64,000 bases of DNA, taken from Pocillopora damicornis. Taxonomy: Eukaryota. A program made the translations under genes and the position numbers. The notes below the pieces were generated by a model, which had not been told where the DNA came from, ran no database searches, and saw only the letters and a list, made by a program, of their open reading frames with translations. The number at the start of each line of letters is the position of its first letter. The first letter of the stretch is position 1. The stretch covers positions 124,001-188,000 of the forward strand of contig NW_020843402.1 in the NCBI RefSeq assembly GCF_003704095.1. The letters run 5' to 3'. Positions 41,501 through 63,897 of this stretch are shown here, one piece after another.

Positions 41501-43640
41501 CTGCTTAATTCATTCATCCTCACCATCTGTTAGCTTAATACGACATTCATAATCTAAAGAGAAGTTATTGTAAATTCCTTGGGTGGGTTCTGCTGAGTCA
41601 GATATATCCATGTTTTCATGTGCTACCAGCATTAGGCCTTGTTATGACCTAAACATCAATTTTGAAATAACTGAAATAAAATCTCCACTGTTTGTTAGTT
41701 TTTATCTCACAGCAACACCTGGGTGTTTTTTATCAGTTGGGCTAATCACGTTTTTGTGTGGTGTTGTTTTTGTTTAGGTTCATTTTCGCGGTAATGAGCG
41801 CATTCTGTTTGACTACAAATTGTCACAGATGTTTATTGGTGATATCTGCAAACTGAAAATTCTAAGACAAGGCCAAGTGTTGAAGGTTGAAGTGACATTA
41901 GATCTCATCACATCACTTGTACCCACCCAGCTGTATGACAAAAGACCAAGGTAATAAATAGGAATTCCAGCTTTCCTTACAAGCTTAACTTATCTTTCTG
42001 TGTCAGGGTACATTGAAATCGCCCGGTGATAAGTTCACTGAACTCTGTATTTAGGCCTGGGTTTGAGCCCTGACTGAGACATTCTGTTGTGTTCTTGGTC
42101 AAGACACTTTCCTCTAACAGCGCCTCTCTCAAGCGGGAGTATAAATGAGTACTGGAGAACTGGTTTCGCTATTTAACTCTCACTATCATTTCTGCCTGTA
42201 GTTACCTCGTGTACGCTGGCCTCGTGTTTGTGTCTCTCTCCCAGCCCTACATGCAACATCAGTACGGAAAAGACTGGGCACGAAAGGCACCCATAAGGCT
42301 CTGTGATCGTGTTCTATACGGTATTTTGAATCAAACGGGACAAGAAGTCATTTTGCTCAGTCAGGTAAGTAAAGAGGTAACTTTATTTTACTGAAACAGG
42401 GAGGTCACTTGATTTTCACGCCTTTTTGGCTTGAAAGACGACGTCATGGGACCCAGAGCGTTTTTTTTAAGGGTCAGTTAGGACGCAGATCTCTAAATCC
42501 GTGAAGATCTCTATGTTTTGGTTTTGTATGAAACTGATGAAAGAAGGCGCTCCTTTTAAATGAGTATCGTAAATCCAGAATCAGAGAAATTACAACGGTG
42601 AATAAGAATAAGAAGAACGAGAATAGGGAGCCAGGTAGGACTCTAACTTTAATCAAGGAAACTGCCTGAGGCGCGGTAGAACTCAAGAGACCAATTTTTC
42701 GATTGGGTCGAGTTTTGCATCTTCTTGGTAAGGAGGGTGGCGCAACCTCGACAGTTTATTGAACATCAAATCAAAGTTTTAGAAATAGAATGGGAACTTC
42801 AAGCTCTAATTCAGTTAGATAATTCAATCCGAGCACAGAATTTATCGCACTCTGTCATTTGTTTTCTCCATATTTGAGTCCTCCCACCACTGAGCTACAT
42901 GAAAAAAGTGCTTGCCCTCATACTGTTTATTTTATGATTATTTTCAGGTTCTCGCATCGGAGCTAACAACAGGCTACGAGACAATGGCAAATTTGCAGCT
43001 TTTTAAAGTTAACGGGAGACCAATTTTGAATCTAAAGCATCTTGCATCCGTTCTTGATGAAATCACTATACCTTTCGGCAAACCAGAAGACTCACAAGCG
43101 AAAGGTGGAACAACGGCCAGAACTGTGACATCAGAAAGTTTTGTGGAGGACAACATTAGCACAAAACAAGGCGAATTAACTGCTAAGAGTTGTGAAGTAC
43201 ACAAACGCCAAGATGACAACATAATCCCTTTAAAAGAAGTCACAACTATAGATGATACGGATGGTCGATCATGCGCCAAGCTTAAAACACTAGAGGACGT
43301 AAAGAAAGATTGGGAGAGGGGAAATAACGTGTGTGAAAGTGACAGCCACCATTTGTCACATTACCGGAAAACATCCAATGAATGCAGAAAACAAGATTTC
43401 ACTCAGACTGATTCACGTTCTTCAGACTTGTATTTATCGACGACACAAACGACCGATATGAATTCTGGTGTGGGTGACGATCCTACTCTTCTAAACAGAG
43501 AAGATTTCGTGCATTTTGAGCTCGATAAGGAGAAAATAATTGTGTTACATATTCCAACTGCTTATAACGCTGCACCAGAAATACTACAACAATACGCAAT
43601 AGGTCAGCCTCGATCCAATGACTTACCTTCACCTCCCTAA
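38514..43640 (+). CDS. Deg/HtrA trypsin-like serine protease with two PDZ-like domains (protease Do-like 2/9/10 type), ~623 aa
   Basis: Catalytic triad motifs LTNGHVV, HECDIA and [35 protein letters not shown] and YAGLVF are typical of Deg2/Deg9/Deg10. Exons: 38514-38558 (least certain), 39401-39559, 39811-39891, 40036-40230, 40556-40672, 40789-41034, 41778-41950, 42202-42364, 42948-43640. Total 1872 nt, in frame. Confidence 0.92.
39238..39286. repeat. Perfect 21-bp inverted repeat with 7-nt loop
   Basis: CATATGCAAAAAAATCCCTCT-TAATGCC-AGAGGGATTTTTTTGCATATG. Confidence 0.9.
41380..41590 (+). mobile_element. Decayed short interspersed repeat (MITE-like)
   Basis: Blocks AAGATCTGATT..AATTCTCCTT, TTAGTTGGGAGAATTTGGT and CATCCTCACCATCTG resemble a frequent pocilloporid repeat (recalled, not searched). 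Confidence 0.4.
42050..42165 (+). mobile_element. tRNA-derived SINE fragment
   Basis: B-box-like GGTTTGAGCCC followed by TGTTGTGTTCTTGGTCAAGACACTTT...CCTCTCTC...GTATAAATGAGTACTGG, typical of cnidarian SINE2 cores. A weaker copy lies near 25570-25640. Confidence 0.65.
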
Positions 43641-45889
43641 TGTCACATGTTGAACACGTGAATATGAAAGGTCACGAACTCTACTACACTACAGCCTCTT
43701 CCGCGATGTAAAGCACTTACAGAATTCAGCCCCTCCAATAAAATGTAACCTAATCTTGGTTACCCGACTAGAGTGTTTGTCTGGTACTATAAAAGGAAAG
43801 TCGAAAATCTTTCTTAAGTCGTAACTGATTTTGAAGCCTTGAAAACTTTCTAGAATTTAATTTTTTAGAAGAACGGCTAATGGTACCTGAGTTAAAAAAT
43901 AAGTGTGGTGAGTGCAGTGGTTGATCATTGGCCAGTTACATCGTCAAATTGATATAGATGTAAGAACTTGAAGGAGGAGCAAGCTTTGTGCGGCAAAACA
44001 TCTCAAAATTTCAAGACATAGAGACAAAAAAATCCGTTGTAACATTTTGTGTCGTCTTCTTTGGAAAGTTTGAAACAAACATCGGTTTACACACAACTTA
44101 TTACTGAGTACGGAGCTGGTTCTCCAATTTAAATATAAAACAAGAGCAACATTACTCCCGAACTTTGGCGGTCATGCCTTAGAGGGCAAGACTCATTTTA
44201 ATAATTACTCCTTACTTTGCCGTAGAGAACGGAGAAGGAAAACTTTTTATAAAAGAAAATGCAACGTAACGCAAGTGACGGTTTAAATCTCTACTACGTA
44301 ATTGGAGGGAAATTGGTGAGAGCGGAATGTATCAATGTAACAAGATAAAAAAAAAGTTGGTGTTAATATGTACAACTATGAATAAGATGTTTATTTTATG
44401 CCTTAAAATTGTTCAGTAGAGCGTTTTACCAATAACACCCTGCTTTGTACACTTGGTATGAACTTGGTGATAGTGAGAGTAAGTGACTTTCATCTTTTTA
44501 TCTATAATCAGTTCCACTGGTGTTTTTTTATCACCCGGTGTGATAGGTGAAGTTGAGTGAAATAATGGGCTCCGTTTGATCAAAGAGACCTGAAGAACAT
44601 TTGCTAATTGTATTTGTACATCGACGCCCAGAGTTTGGATTGAAAATTGGCTGTTTTACTTTGAATCAGTGAAGAGACTTTCCAGCGAAGCTCATCCTGC
44701 ATGTAGTTTTCGTGCAATCATTTGAAGAGTAGACTAATTCACTTAGAAAGAAGACAAACTGTTCAAGTTCACTGTCCGAAATGGCGCGAGACATAATATC
44801 CGAGTTTGTCTTCATAGCTGAGTCAAAACATGTCGCTTGCCAAATAGTGGTGATATATTTCTCGTGGCGTGAGGCTGAAACTCACCATACTCTCGTTCCT
44901 GGCTTCGTAGACTCCCGCGAAAAGCCGGGAACGACAGAAATCACTGACCCTAGAACGCAATATCTGGTTTTAAATGAAGAACCATCCTTGTGCCTCGGAT
45001 CACGCGGCAAGGGCGTCATACTCACCGTGGATGAAGTTGCAGGTCGGTACGCATGCGCTCCGTCTGAGAAGAGGGGGATGAAAAATCATTTTCGGTTCGA
45101 GTCTTTCCATGAGATGAGAGTTTAAAGCTAGCGGCTAAAGTCAATCATTCATCAAAAGAAAAACTGTACGTGAAGCAAAAAGGAGAGACAACCAAATGAG
45201 GAATGTAGATTCTAATTCAGCAACATACCATGTTAATCAACCTTGTTAGAGGAAGTTAAACCCCACTGATGCTGTAGTAAAAGGAATGATATACCTTGTG
45301 CTTTTTGTCCCTTGATAGTTAAGGGATTCTTTTCTTCGCCTCTTCTACTTCAAGTTTGACACAAATAAAGTTACTTACTTCCTTACTGCCAGCCTAATTT
45401 TACCACGAGAGAGTGAATATAAATATCTTAGTTACGCACAACGATAATTGTGTGGTTGTTCTATGAACGTACGTATGAAACTTTAAAAGCTAACCTATTT
45501 TCTAATCATTGAGACGGTAAAATTTTCCTGTAATACTCTAAAACAAAATAAATAGGCTTCCGTCCCACTTAAAAACTGAACTGGACGAAAATAAGCTTAC
45601 GATAAGGTTCAGTAACATTCCTGCGCGGAAGGTAACCTCCCTAGACCTTTTGAAACTTTTGTATAAATATAACTAAAGCAATTGTTCATCATTTTATACA
45701 ATATATTTACTTCTCGGAGCACCCAATGTCTTGTACAGTATCGAACACTTGGCTCTTTACTTCTCTCTCCTCATGTATTTGTTTTCAAAAGGCGTGTTTG
45801 GTTGTGTTTCTTCTTACCTCTCCATTTAGATTCACGACCTAACGTGGAGTTTAAACTTGTTTCTTATTTCTCCCCACCCCTGCCATAAA

Positions 45890-48800
45890 TCACGTTCTAA
45901 TTGCATGTTTAGACGTATAGTTTGTAGGTAATGGTTTCAGACGGTTGGATCTTGGGGAGGAGAAATTTCTCTCCATACCACCCTCCACCGGTGACCTTTC
46001 CACAACCACTTCCACTTTTCCGTTGTCAGCGGTATTCTTTTCAAGTCTTTTTCCACTGGCGGTCATGTGAACTTCAGTGGAGTTAGGTGATGAAGTATGT
46101 TCACTTTCAGCCCCGCGGCTTCTGTATGACGAAAAAGATTCTGCCAGCTTGTTACCAGGCCCTTTGCGCATACCTGCCTTAGCAAGAATGTTGGTCACGT
46201 GATACTTTTCCTGTGAAAAATTGAGTAGATAATTTAGTCATCATACAAAATGATTGTCAACGTAGAACTTTTTTCACAAAGCACACCGAAGAAGCGAAGT
46301 AGAAGTTAGAGGCAATGAAGTAACTATGTTGCGGTTTTCACCCCCAGAAAATTTAACCCGATTTTTCAAATTCACAAATTTCACTAATGCAAGTATTATT
46401 TCTTCTTTTCCATTCCTAAGCATCATTATTTGTGGGTTGTTCTCATCTGATTGGTGCCCATCTCCTTTAAAAACTCATATCTTGAGGGTTTCATACTATT
46501 TTCATACAAATCAAAACTTTGAGACATTGCACCCTTAACTATGTCACTATAAAGCTATTACCTTTGACAGAGCCATCTTAACATCGGCAGGTACGTCGGG
46601 TATAATGTAGGCAATCAGGAACTTAATTGTAAACACTATATGCTGAAAAGAGAATTAAATTATTCAAGTGAGAATTTTCAACACAGCTAAGCCTTGTAGT
46701 TTAAGCGTATCAGTACCTTGCTCCAATTAGCTCCGGTACCAAAAAAAGGAGAGAGATGATGATCGTACCTCAAATCCAATTATAAGCCAAAGCCTGCTTA
46801 GTCCTGTAACATGTTCAGTGACGATGATAACCTGTTCGGTTGTGTTTGTTGTGCTGTTGAATATGGTTTCAGTTGCGTTGGTCTTGGACGGCTCGCCTTC
46901 CCATGATCGACCGTACGATGACGTAAATGCCACCAAGAACGAGTTGGTAACCACGCCAGCCACGTTCAGAAATTCTAGAATGCTGTACCACGTGCCTTGT
47001 GAAGAGACAAAAGGAAATGTTGCAGAGAATTCACAGGTCCTAAAATAAGCGATTTGTTTTGTTGTAATTTCAGAACAAATCTCAGATGAGCTATAAGCTG
47101 AAACCAATACTCGTAACCGGTGTAAAGCACACGGAAACTATCAGTACGAACTAGTCTTGGCACGGAAAAAAAAACGAAAAAACAAGCCAAAGAATGTGTA
47201 ACTAGTGGAGAGCACAGGAAACGGAAAGGTATAAAACCAGTCAGGAAGATTGCTACTATACTAACCTATGTCTTCTGCCCTGAAAGCTACTGGCCGCCTG
47301 TTCGTCCATAGCAACCTCCTGGCGTCCACTTTCATGTCGATGGCATTGGTCAACAGTGCAATCAGTGGGGCCAGCGGAAACGCTGCTGCAAAAAGCTGAA
47401 AGGATGACGCAGTTGAAATTAATATCTACACAAACAAAAAATTTAAAAACTTTAGCTGATATTTCACAAAGGAGTCTTGATTCTTACCATGAGGAATCCG
47501 TACTGTAGCACTGTGAAGATAAAAGCAACGATAATTACCGTGAGAAAACTGAATTCGACAGATAGAATAAGGTGGTTCAACAGGATAAATGTTGATATTT
47601 GTTACTTTAAAACTATTCAGTGAGTACGTATAGGAAATGTGCCATGGTTTCTTAGTGAATATGAAACCAACTCACTTGCAAATAATTCTATGGCAGTACA
47701 TAAGACAACAGAGTTCTAGACTGGACGTACCTTTCTCGTTGTATTCAGACAGTGTAAAATCTCCAAGTTCAGCTTTATTTCTCTCCCTCTCCAAGTAATC
47801 TTCTACACTGACTGTGATTTCACCGCTTACTGAAACTCTGTTGCTACAGCATTTTCTCTTCCAAAGGCTCACCAACCAACTACAGAGGCAAAGTTAGCAG
47901 GTTACCAGCAGTTTGACATTGAGGACGTCGAAAGTATTCTGGGATTACACGAGTTTTATTTTATCTCGCTCTACGGTTTGGTCTCTAAAATTTCACTAAA
48001 TTAATCAGATGCAAAATTAAAACCAATCGCGACTTGGTCACTCGCGTTTTCATCGACTTCTCAACAACAAAGATGTTCAGTATAGATACAAATTTTAGCA
48101 ATGATCATACTCACGGTTTAATGACATCACTGAAGAGTTTGGGAAGAGGTTTCATGATCATTAACATGGCGACTTGTAGCGATAAAAGACTCATACAGTC
48201 GTTGTTTTCTCCGCACTCGTCACTGTAGTTTTCCCCTTTACCAATCACGCCACTTTCCTTGGTACCCTGGGTAAACAATTGATGACATAAGAAAGATTAA
48301 GTGTGGCCCTTTACGATAGTAAAGGAACGAATAATGACATGCGGTGTTTAAGTTCCATTCAAAGCTGTACCTGACGAAAGAAAGCTATGTAGAACAACGA
48401 TGTGTATGAATTCACGAACTGAAATCCAAACAACTTTAAGATAAGCGCATCTTCATATGAAGTCTGAGTCCGGTGATTTTCTATAAAGAAAAGAAACAGA
48501 GAAGTTTTATTTACAGAATCACAAAGTTACGGTCGAATTTGAAGAATTCATTCGTATTAACTGAAATCAGACTCACCCCAGTCCGTAAGGTAGACTGCTA
48601 ACTTCTGATAAATCTGAAATAAACACGAAGAAGATTTTGCTATTACCACTCACCCTTACCATGCAACACGTGCACTCAGCTACAAAACTGTAAGAAATTA
48701 CACAGATAATTTATCTGTAATATACAAACCTTGCCCATGATCATGATAGAAACAGTATTGAGGAATGTTGAGGTAACGCTTGCTATCAGCTGGCCTGCTT

Positions 48801-51800
48801 CTCCTCTGCTTTGGAACAAATCTACTCTGGCAATGACCCGATAAATAATCACAGCGACGACACTTGCCAACACCAAACAAATCTGAAAAGGGAATCAAAC
48901 AAAGCTCTCGCGTTAACAGATGAACAAGAAGATTATTGATGTCTAAACTTTCATAATTGCTATTAGGTCTTTGTGGTGTAGTTGCTGGGTGAAATTACTT
49001 TTGAAACACACTGTTAAAAGTCACTCAGATCATTCACAGGATATGGGGCGAAAAATGTCCAAGTACTTCAAGTGTAATGAACATCCACTCAAAATTAAAG
49101 ACGAAGAAAACATAAACGAACCATAAAGAGCATGACCCCAAATGAGCCCATCATCTTGAAAAATCTTCTTAAAGCTGGATAAACTGAGATATCTTCTCCT
49201 GTTACTGGGTCCTGAAAAAAAAGCAACAACAACACATACAAATTTGCCATTAAAGAAGAGTTCATGACGTAATAATTTCATGGTGCAATAATTTCCCAAC
49301 GAAGATGTGCGAAAATCTTACCTTCTTGATGACAGTTCCATAATACTGTGGGCGATTTGGCTCCTGAAAACATTACATAATGACGGTGTTAGAAGATGTT
49401 CACAGTGGAAAGGAAGAGCAAAACTTGTTCCATATACAGGGTACCTGTTCTTCGAACGTATCAACATCCCATTGGTATGATAGTCTAGCATTTGTTCGTT
49501 TCCATCGCTCCAAAAAGAATGTACCTGCCAAAAAGAAACATGCCTATGAACACAGAACTGATACGACAATTTACAGACAAAAACAAAGTAACAAACAAAG
49601 TGTCAGGTTTTAGGGTGCCGGATTGAAATTTGGTCATCAAAACTTCCAATCTGACACCCAGTTTGATTTATTTCTTGATGGCTGCGGACTCAACTTCGAC
49701 CCCTTTAATGCTCTATAAAAAGAAATCAGGTTTGCGTTGCGTTTATAGCTGTACGAGATTTATTTACTTACCTGTGATATGTCCAGCTGGCACCTACATG
49801 TAGATGCTCAAAACATTGACACTTAAATAAACCAAGTCTACCTTACAATTATGTTTTCAAAATGAAACTTACCCCACAAGCATATTATTAACGCAAAGAA
49901 GGGTGTAGCATCATTGTCAAATGCATTCTTTGCCCAAGCTGTTAAGGTGGAGGTAGATGTTGTATTCTCATCCTTCTCACCTAAAGGATTATCTCTTACT
50001 CTATAACAAAGAGATGAAGAAACATGTAGATCATTTTCTGATTAAACTAATTTACACAATTTGTTACCCAGCATGTCCTCCTGACCAAAGCCAAGTAAGT
50101 TTAAAAATAGTTTTTCATACAGGATAAACGGAGAGAAGGGTTGCCACATTTGAATAAACACCATTTAAAATTAACAAAATAGACTTAAGAGGGAAGACCA
50201 ATAGAGGGAATTTCTGACTTCAGCAAATTTGCTTGGAAATTATCCAAAAAGCCATTGAGAATGTCATAAATATCTCAAGATCAATCAGTGTAAAAAACTT
50301 TGTTTACATCAATATGAGCGAAGAAAAGCACTAATAGCCAATGCTGTTTGAAGTCTCAAAACTGTAAGAGACTTAGGCATTTAGTGATTGGAGAATTTCC
50401 TCAAATGGTTGATTAATAATGAACAGTGAATGGTTTGAACTTTGGAGCAATTGTTAACATTATTAGAGCAATGGTTAACAGTATTAGGAGAGGTTAGGGG
50501 GTTGAGACTATGAATGAATTCCTTTGAAGTTGTTGAAAAGTCTGCCACTAGCACAGATAAGAGTACTTATTAAGGACTTTTTGACAATTATAACATGTAA
50601 AGAATGAAAGATATACTATGTAAGGAGTATGAGGCAGTGACAATACATGAACAAACATTTGTAAAAGTTCAATTAAGAACTTAAACTTTAGTGTAACAAT
50701 TGACAAAGACAATTGAGAAAGGATTTTCTGAGATCAAGTCAACTCTTTAAAACAAAAGAAAAGAATAAGTTAACTTGAGGTGAGAAGAATAACATGGTAA
50801 AAGAAAATGTCAATCCACTACAAAGAAAGAAACAGGTGACCCCAGTAAACAACTCACCTACCAAATTCTGTTATATGTACATCTCTAAAGAGTTGAAGAG
50901 TGCTAGTTGAGGGAAAGAAGAAGAGAGGTCTACCCAGCTCAAGTTTGACCATGAGTAAGTCAAAGACTCTTAAACAAAGCCATGCACCCACAGTAAGGAA
51001 GAGATCAACAGATTGCAAGGCAAAGAAAGCAGTATATTTTGGGTAAAACAGGGGAGACCATGTGCCATGAAGACAATATGTCAAAGGTAAACAGCTATCA
51101 GAAATAATTTTGTTCCTGCGAGGGAAAGAAGATTTGGAAAGAACCTTCACAACTGGTCAAATTTTGTAACCATAATTTATAAGGATCATCAATCAGGTGG
51201 GACAAATGAAGATATTTTTCATATGTTAGTCATTCATGTACCTAGAATATTGGAACACAAAGAGAGAACAATTAGGATTACATCTCACTCTCAAGGAATC
51301 AAGGTTGCAGATAAATGTACAATCCATACATGCAGTACAGTTCAGTGATTACATGGACATGACGTGTCTTTAGAAATAACGGAATTATAAAACATACATG
51401 TTAAGTAAGCATGCTGCACAAGGTTAGAAGTCCACAAAATAAAATTGAAATAAAAGTCATCGCTGAAAACTGCCTCCTTAAGCAAGAATTGTGGGTGTGT
51501 TTTACACTGTATATTCCCTACAAAGTAGTTTATTCATGGCGGAAATAAACACATGTTTGGTTTACAGCTTACTACAAGGACACAGAAGGAATTGTTGTAT
51601 TAACACAACTTTTTGCAATCTCATTATGGCAAAGTGTGCATTAGTACCATTTGATACTTGTTATATCATCCCTTATGGTGCTTGGATAAAACACAAGAAC
51701 CTAACATATGAAACTGTTTTTATTAATGATCAACTTGGAAAATTACTTACGCAACACTAAGTCCCCAAAGAAAAATGGCCAACCCCAGTAGCATGGGTAT

Positions 51801-53930
51801 GACAAGTGACATGGTAAGCAAACCTGAAATGTAAAAAAAAATTAAAAGATAAGACAAAATTATTAATGTATTTATAATCAGGTTATTCACTTTGCCATTA
51901 AATTTAAGGGTTCTGCAAAATTCACCCAAAACTTTTCTACAGATCACTCACCAAGCCAGCCAAAATAGAGGGCGATTTTTTCACCAAAATAATTCCTTAT
52001 TTTCCAGAGAGGCTGATATCTGAAATGCTTGAGCCATGTGTCATGCAGGGCTTTGCGAGGATCAGCAATATCCTGACCATGTGGAAAACTATGATCATCA
52101 CCAGCATCGGCCAGTGGAAACTCAGAATCATATTCAGACTTTTCATGTAGAATGAATGCATCAGTGTATGCTTCTTCCATGAGCATGTACCCAAGACCTA
52201 AAAACAGACCATGAACCATAAGCACAGACACAGTGCACAGTCCATATGCACAGTGCATATATCTGAGGCAAATAGAACAGTTTTCCCTAAAGCAATTACA
52301 TCCTCATCTTCCTTTTTGTAACATCTAGAACACTTGTCACTAATGATTTCAATTTGAGCAACCATTGAATGATTTTAGATGTGAAATGAACACAGCAAAA
52401 AATATCAAATGCAATGTAACCAGCTTGATAACCTAATAACAGTTTGATTGCCCATTGATAGATTGTTTCTTATGCTTGAGGGGCCATCATAAACACAGCA
52501 TAAAGAATAACAACAATCAAGAGGATCATCAATCAGATTTCAGCTTATAAAATTTTCACTGGATCTTCTAATAAATGTGAGAACAAAATATAAAGGTTGA
52601 CCTTGTGCATTCTGACCAAGCTGTTTGCTTTCTTTGTCTCTGACATCTAAATCTGTTAAAATATGGTGAACCTATACAATTGAATAAATTTATAAAATTA
52701 ATTGAAACATTACTTGAAATTTAATGTCACTCTACAAAGTTTGCATTGATGATTTCTACCCACCAAAAGTGATCTAAGAGCTGGTCTGAAGAATGTGTCT
52801 GGATTTTCTACTCCCTCATAAATTTGAGATTTTGAAACACAGAATGGTGCACTGACAAAATCAACTGCAAGAAAGACACAAGTATCATTTTAATCACAAT
52901 GTAAGTGGAAGCAAACTGATCTTCAATTTAATCTCTCAATTTAAAGTATTTTTCAGATGCAGAAAAAATTCATAATATCACCAGGCATCCTTAATTTTAA
53001 ATAATCAGTTACAAAAATACCTTCATCATCAGTTTTAAAATTATCCCAAAATTGTTTCCATAAACTGTTTCTTGATGTCTCTGGAACAACATACTGCAAA
53101 CAAGAGATAAAAATTTAATAACTTGCAGCATCCTTAATTTTGAATAATAATCAAGACTACAGAATGATGCTTTGCTATTTCAGTTTTGTGTGTCTTCCTC
53201 TACCTGATATCTAATTATCTTAGCCGCCTTCATTACAAGTGATAACTTCCCCTTCTCTTATCATAAAATCAGCTGAAGGCTAACGTTTTTCCAAACAATG
53301 CATACTGATTAAGCATGGCTGTTTAATAGAGATGGACTGGCTTACCCCAGCAAGAGGCATTTCCAAAGAGACATGTTCCGCTTCTTCACATAGTCTCTCA
53401 AATGAACAATGCAATATCACAAATGTCTTGTTTGAAGTGTATTTTCGTTCCACCCTGAACCCCTGTAGATGAAGTTCAGCCTCGAATTTCTTCCTCAGTT
53501 TCTCGTGCAGATTTCGATTATCACCTGTTCTATGAACTAAGACATAATCGTGATGTAGATATTTGCTGTTTTTCCCCTCCTCTGATTTACTCATCGCTAG
53601 ATGCAAAGCAAGTTTCCTCAAATCTTTTTCATCCCGGTTGATTTCTGCTCGTGATATGGGATGGGGGCTATTTAGTTCTTCGTGGATTTGAATCAATTGT
53701 TCTCGACTTGCCACTGGTTCAAGCGCCAATTGAACGCGCTTCGGTTGTTCTCCGTTACTATTACTTGAAACCTGTCGCAAAATTCCACTATTTTGCCTCT
53801 CTGAAAATGGCAAATGATCATTAGAGTTTGAATTTTTTGCCTTTTTCTTTTTCTTCTTCTCCCGAACCTTTGGAACAGTTCCATCACCCTCTAATATCCT
53901 GTCCTTGTCGTTCCCATCCAACTCAGCCAT
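45890..53930 (-). CDS. ANO: Anoctamin/TMEM16 family protein, ~956 aa, 20 exons
   Basis: Motifs QPLWKIRNYFGEKIALYFGWLG, FLERWKR, WENHRTQTSYEDALILKLFGFQFVNSYTSLFYIAF, EYNEKVLQYG, FAAAFPLAPL, IGTWYSILE, IPDVP. Exons (minus): 53930-53346, 53093-53021, 52864-52764, 52671-52602, 52197-51952, 51823-51751, 50000-49873, 49524-49445, 49363-49322, 49211-49122, 48882-48730, 48613-48577, 48480-48371, 48266-48115, 47879-47731, 47510-47488, 47395-47266, 46995-46769, 46642-46562, 46210-45890. Total 2871 nt. Confidence 0.92.
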
Positions 53931-54780
53931 GTCCTTTCAATTGCCACACAAAGTACCATATACTTGGGTTATAATTTCTTCACGGAAAAAAGAACTTCCG
54001 TAGTGATGGTGATACTGATCTTTGGCTAGAATGAAATGGTCCTCAATGAGCAAAATACTGTGATTTTCTGTTTACTCGCTGTCTGTTGCCAACCCTAAAC
54101 CACACCGCAAATCTGATCAGTCTGAGAATTACCAATTTTGTGATCTTTAATAAAGAATCAAGATCTGTTCAAAAAGCTCTGTACAGAAGTAGAACAGTTT
54201 TGTGAGTTCTATCCAAGGTGCGTAAGTTGTTCTCTAGTGGCAATAATCACAACACTCAGTGCTCTCGATGTACTGCAGTTGTTCTTGAGTCAGTTGTTTC
54301 AATGGACTGAGTAAAGGAACCCTCCTCTACGGTAAAACACAATCAACCCCTTCTTACAGTAAACCACTTCTTGTTATCAAATATCTTCATTTTCATTCTC
54401 CAGTGAAATAACCAACACAGTCTAGATCAGTTGCAGCGAGCTCATTTACAAGAATTAGAAGATCCTTTCAGAGAAATTGTGTTTTAATGTCGTGGTTGCT
54501 TAGTGGGTGGCACAGCAACGTCACCTAAGCGACGGAATATCAAGTCAAAACATCAAGCAACATTGAGCCCTTCAGTGCCCACAAGGTAAATATTTCCAAG
54601 ATTGCAAATTCTCCTCTGCTGCAAACGTATAGTACTGAAAATTGACCAAAGTGTACAGAACAAGATGTATCCGACCAATCCTCGGAAAAAAACAAACAAC
54701 TTCGGGAAAATTCGGAGTATAGATGCGTGTTACATGATGACTAGCTTTGTTTTAGGAATCCGCTGACCATCAATTTAAAA
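53931..54780. promoter_or_regulatory. Probable bidirectional promoter/5' UTR region between anoctamin and HARS
   Basis: Divergent ATGs are 850 bp apart. RFX X-box-like GTCACCTAAGCGAC at 54520-54533; CCAAT at about 54675. Confidence 0.55.
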
Positions 54781-63897
<9,117 letters not shown>

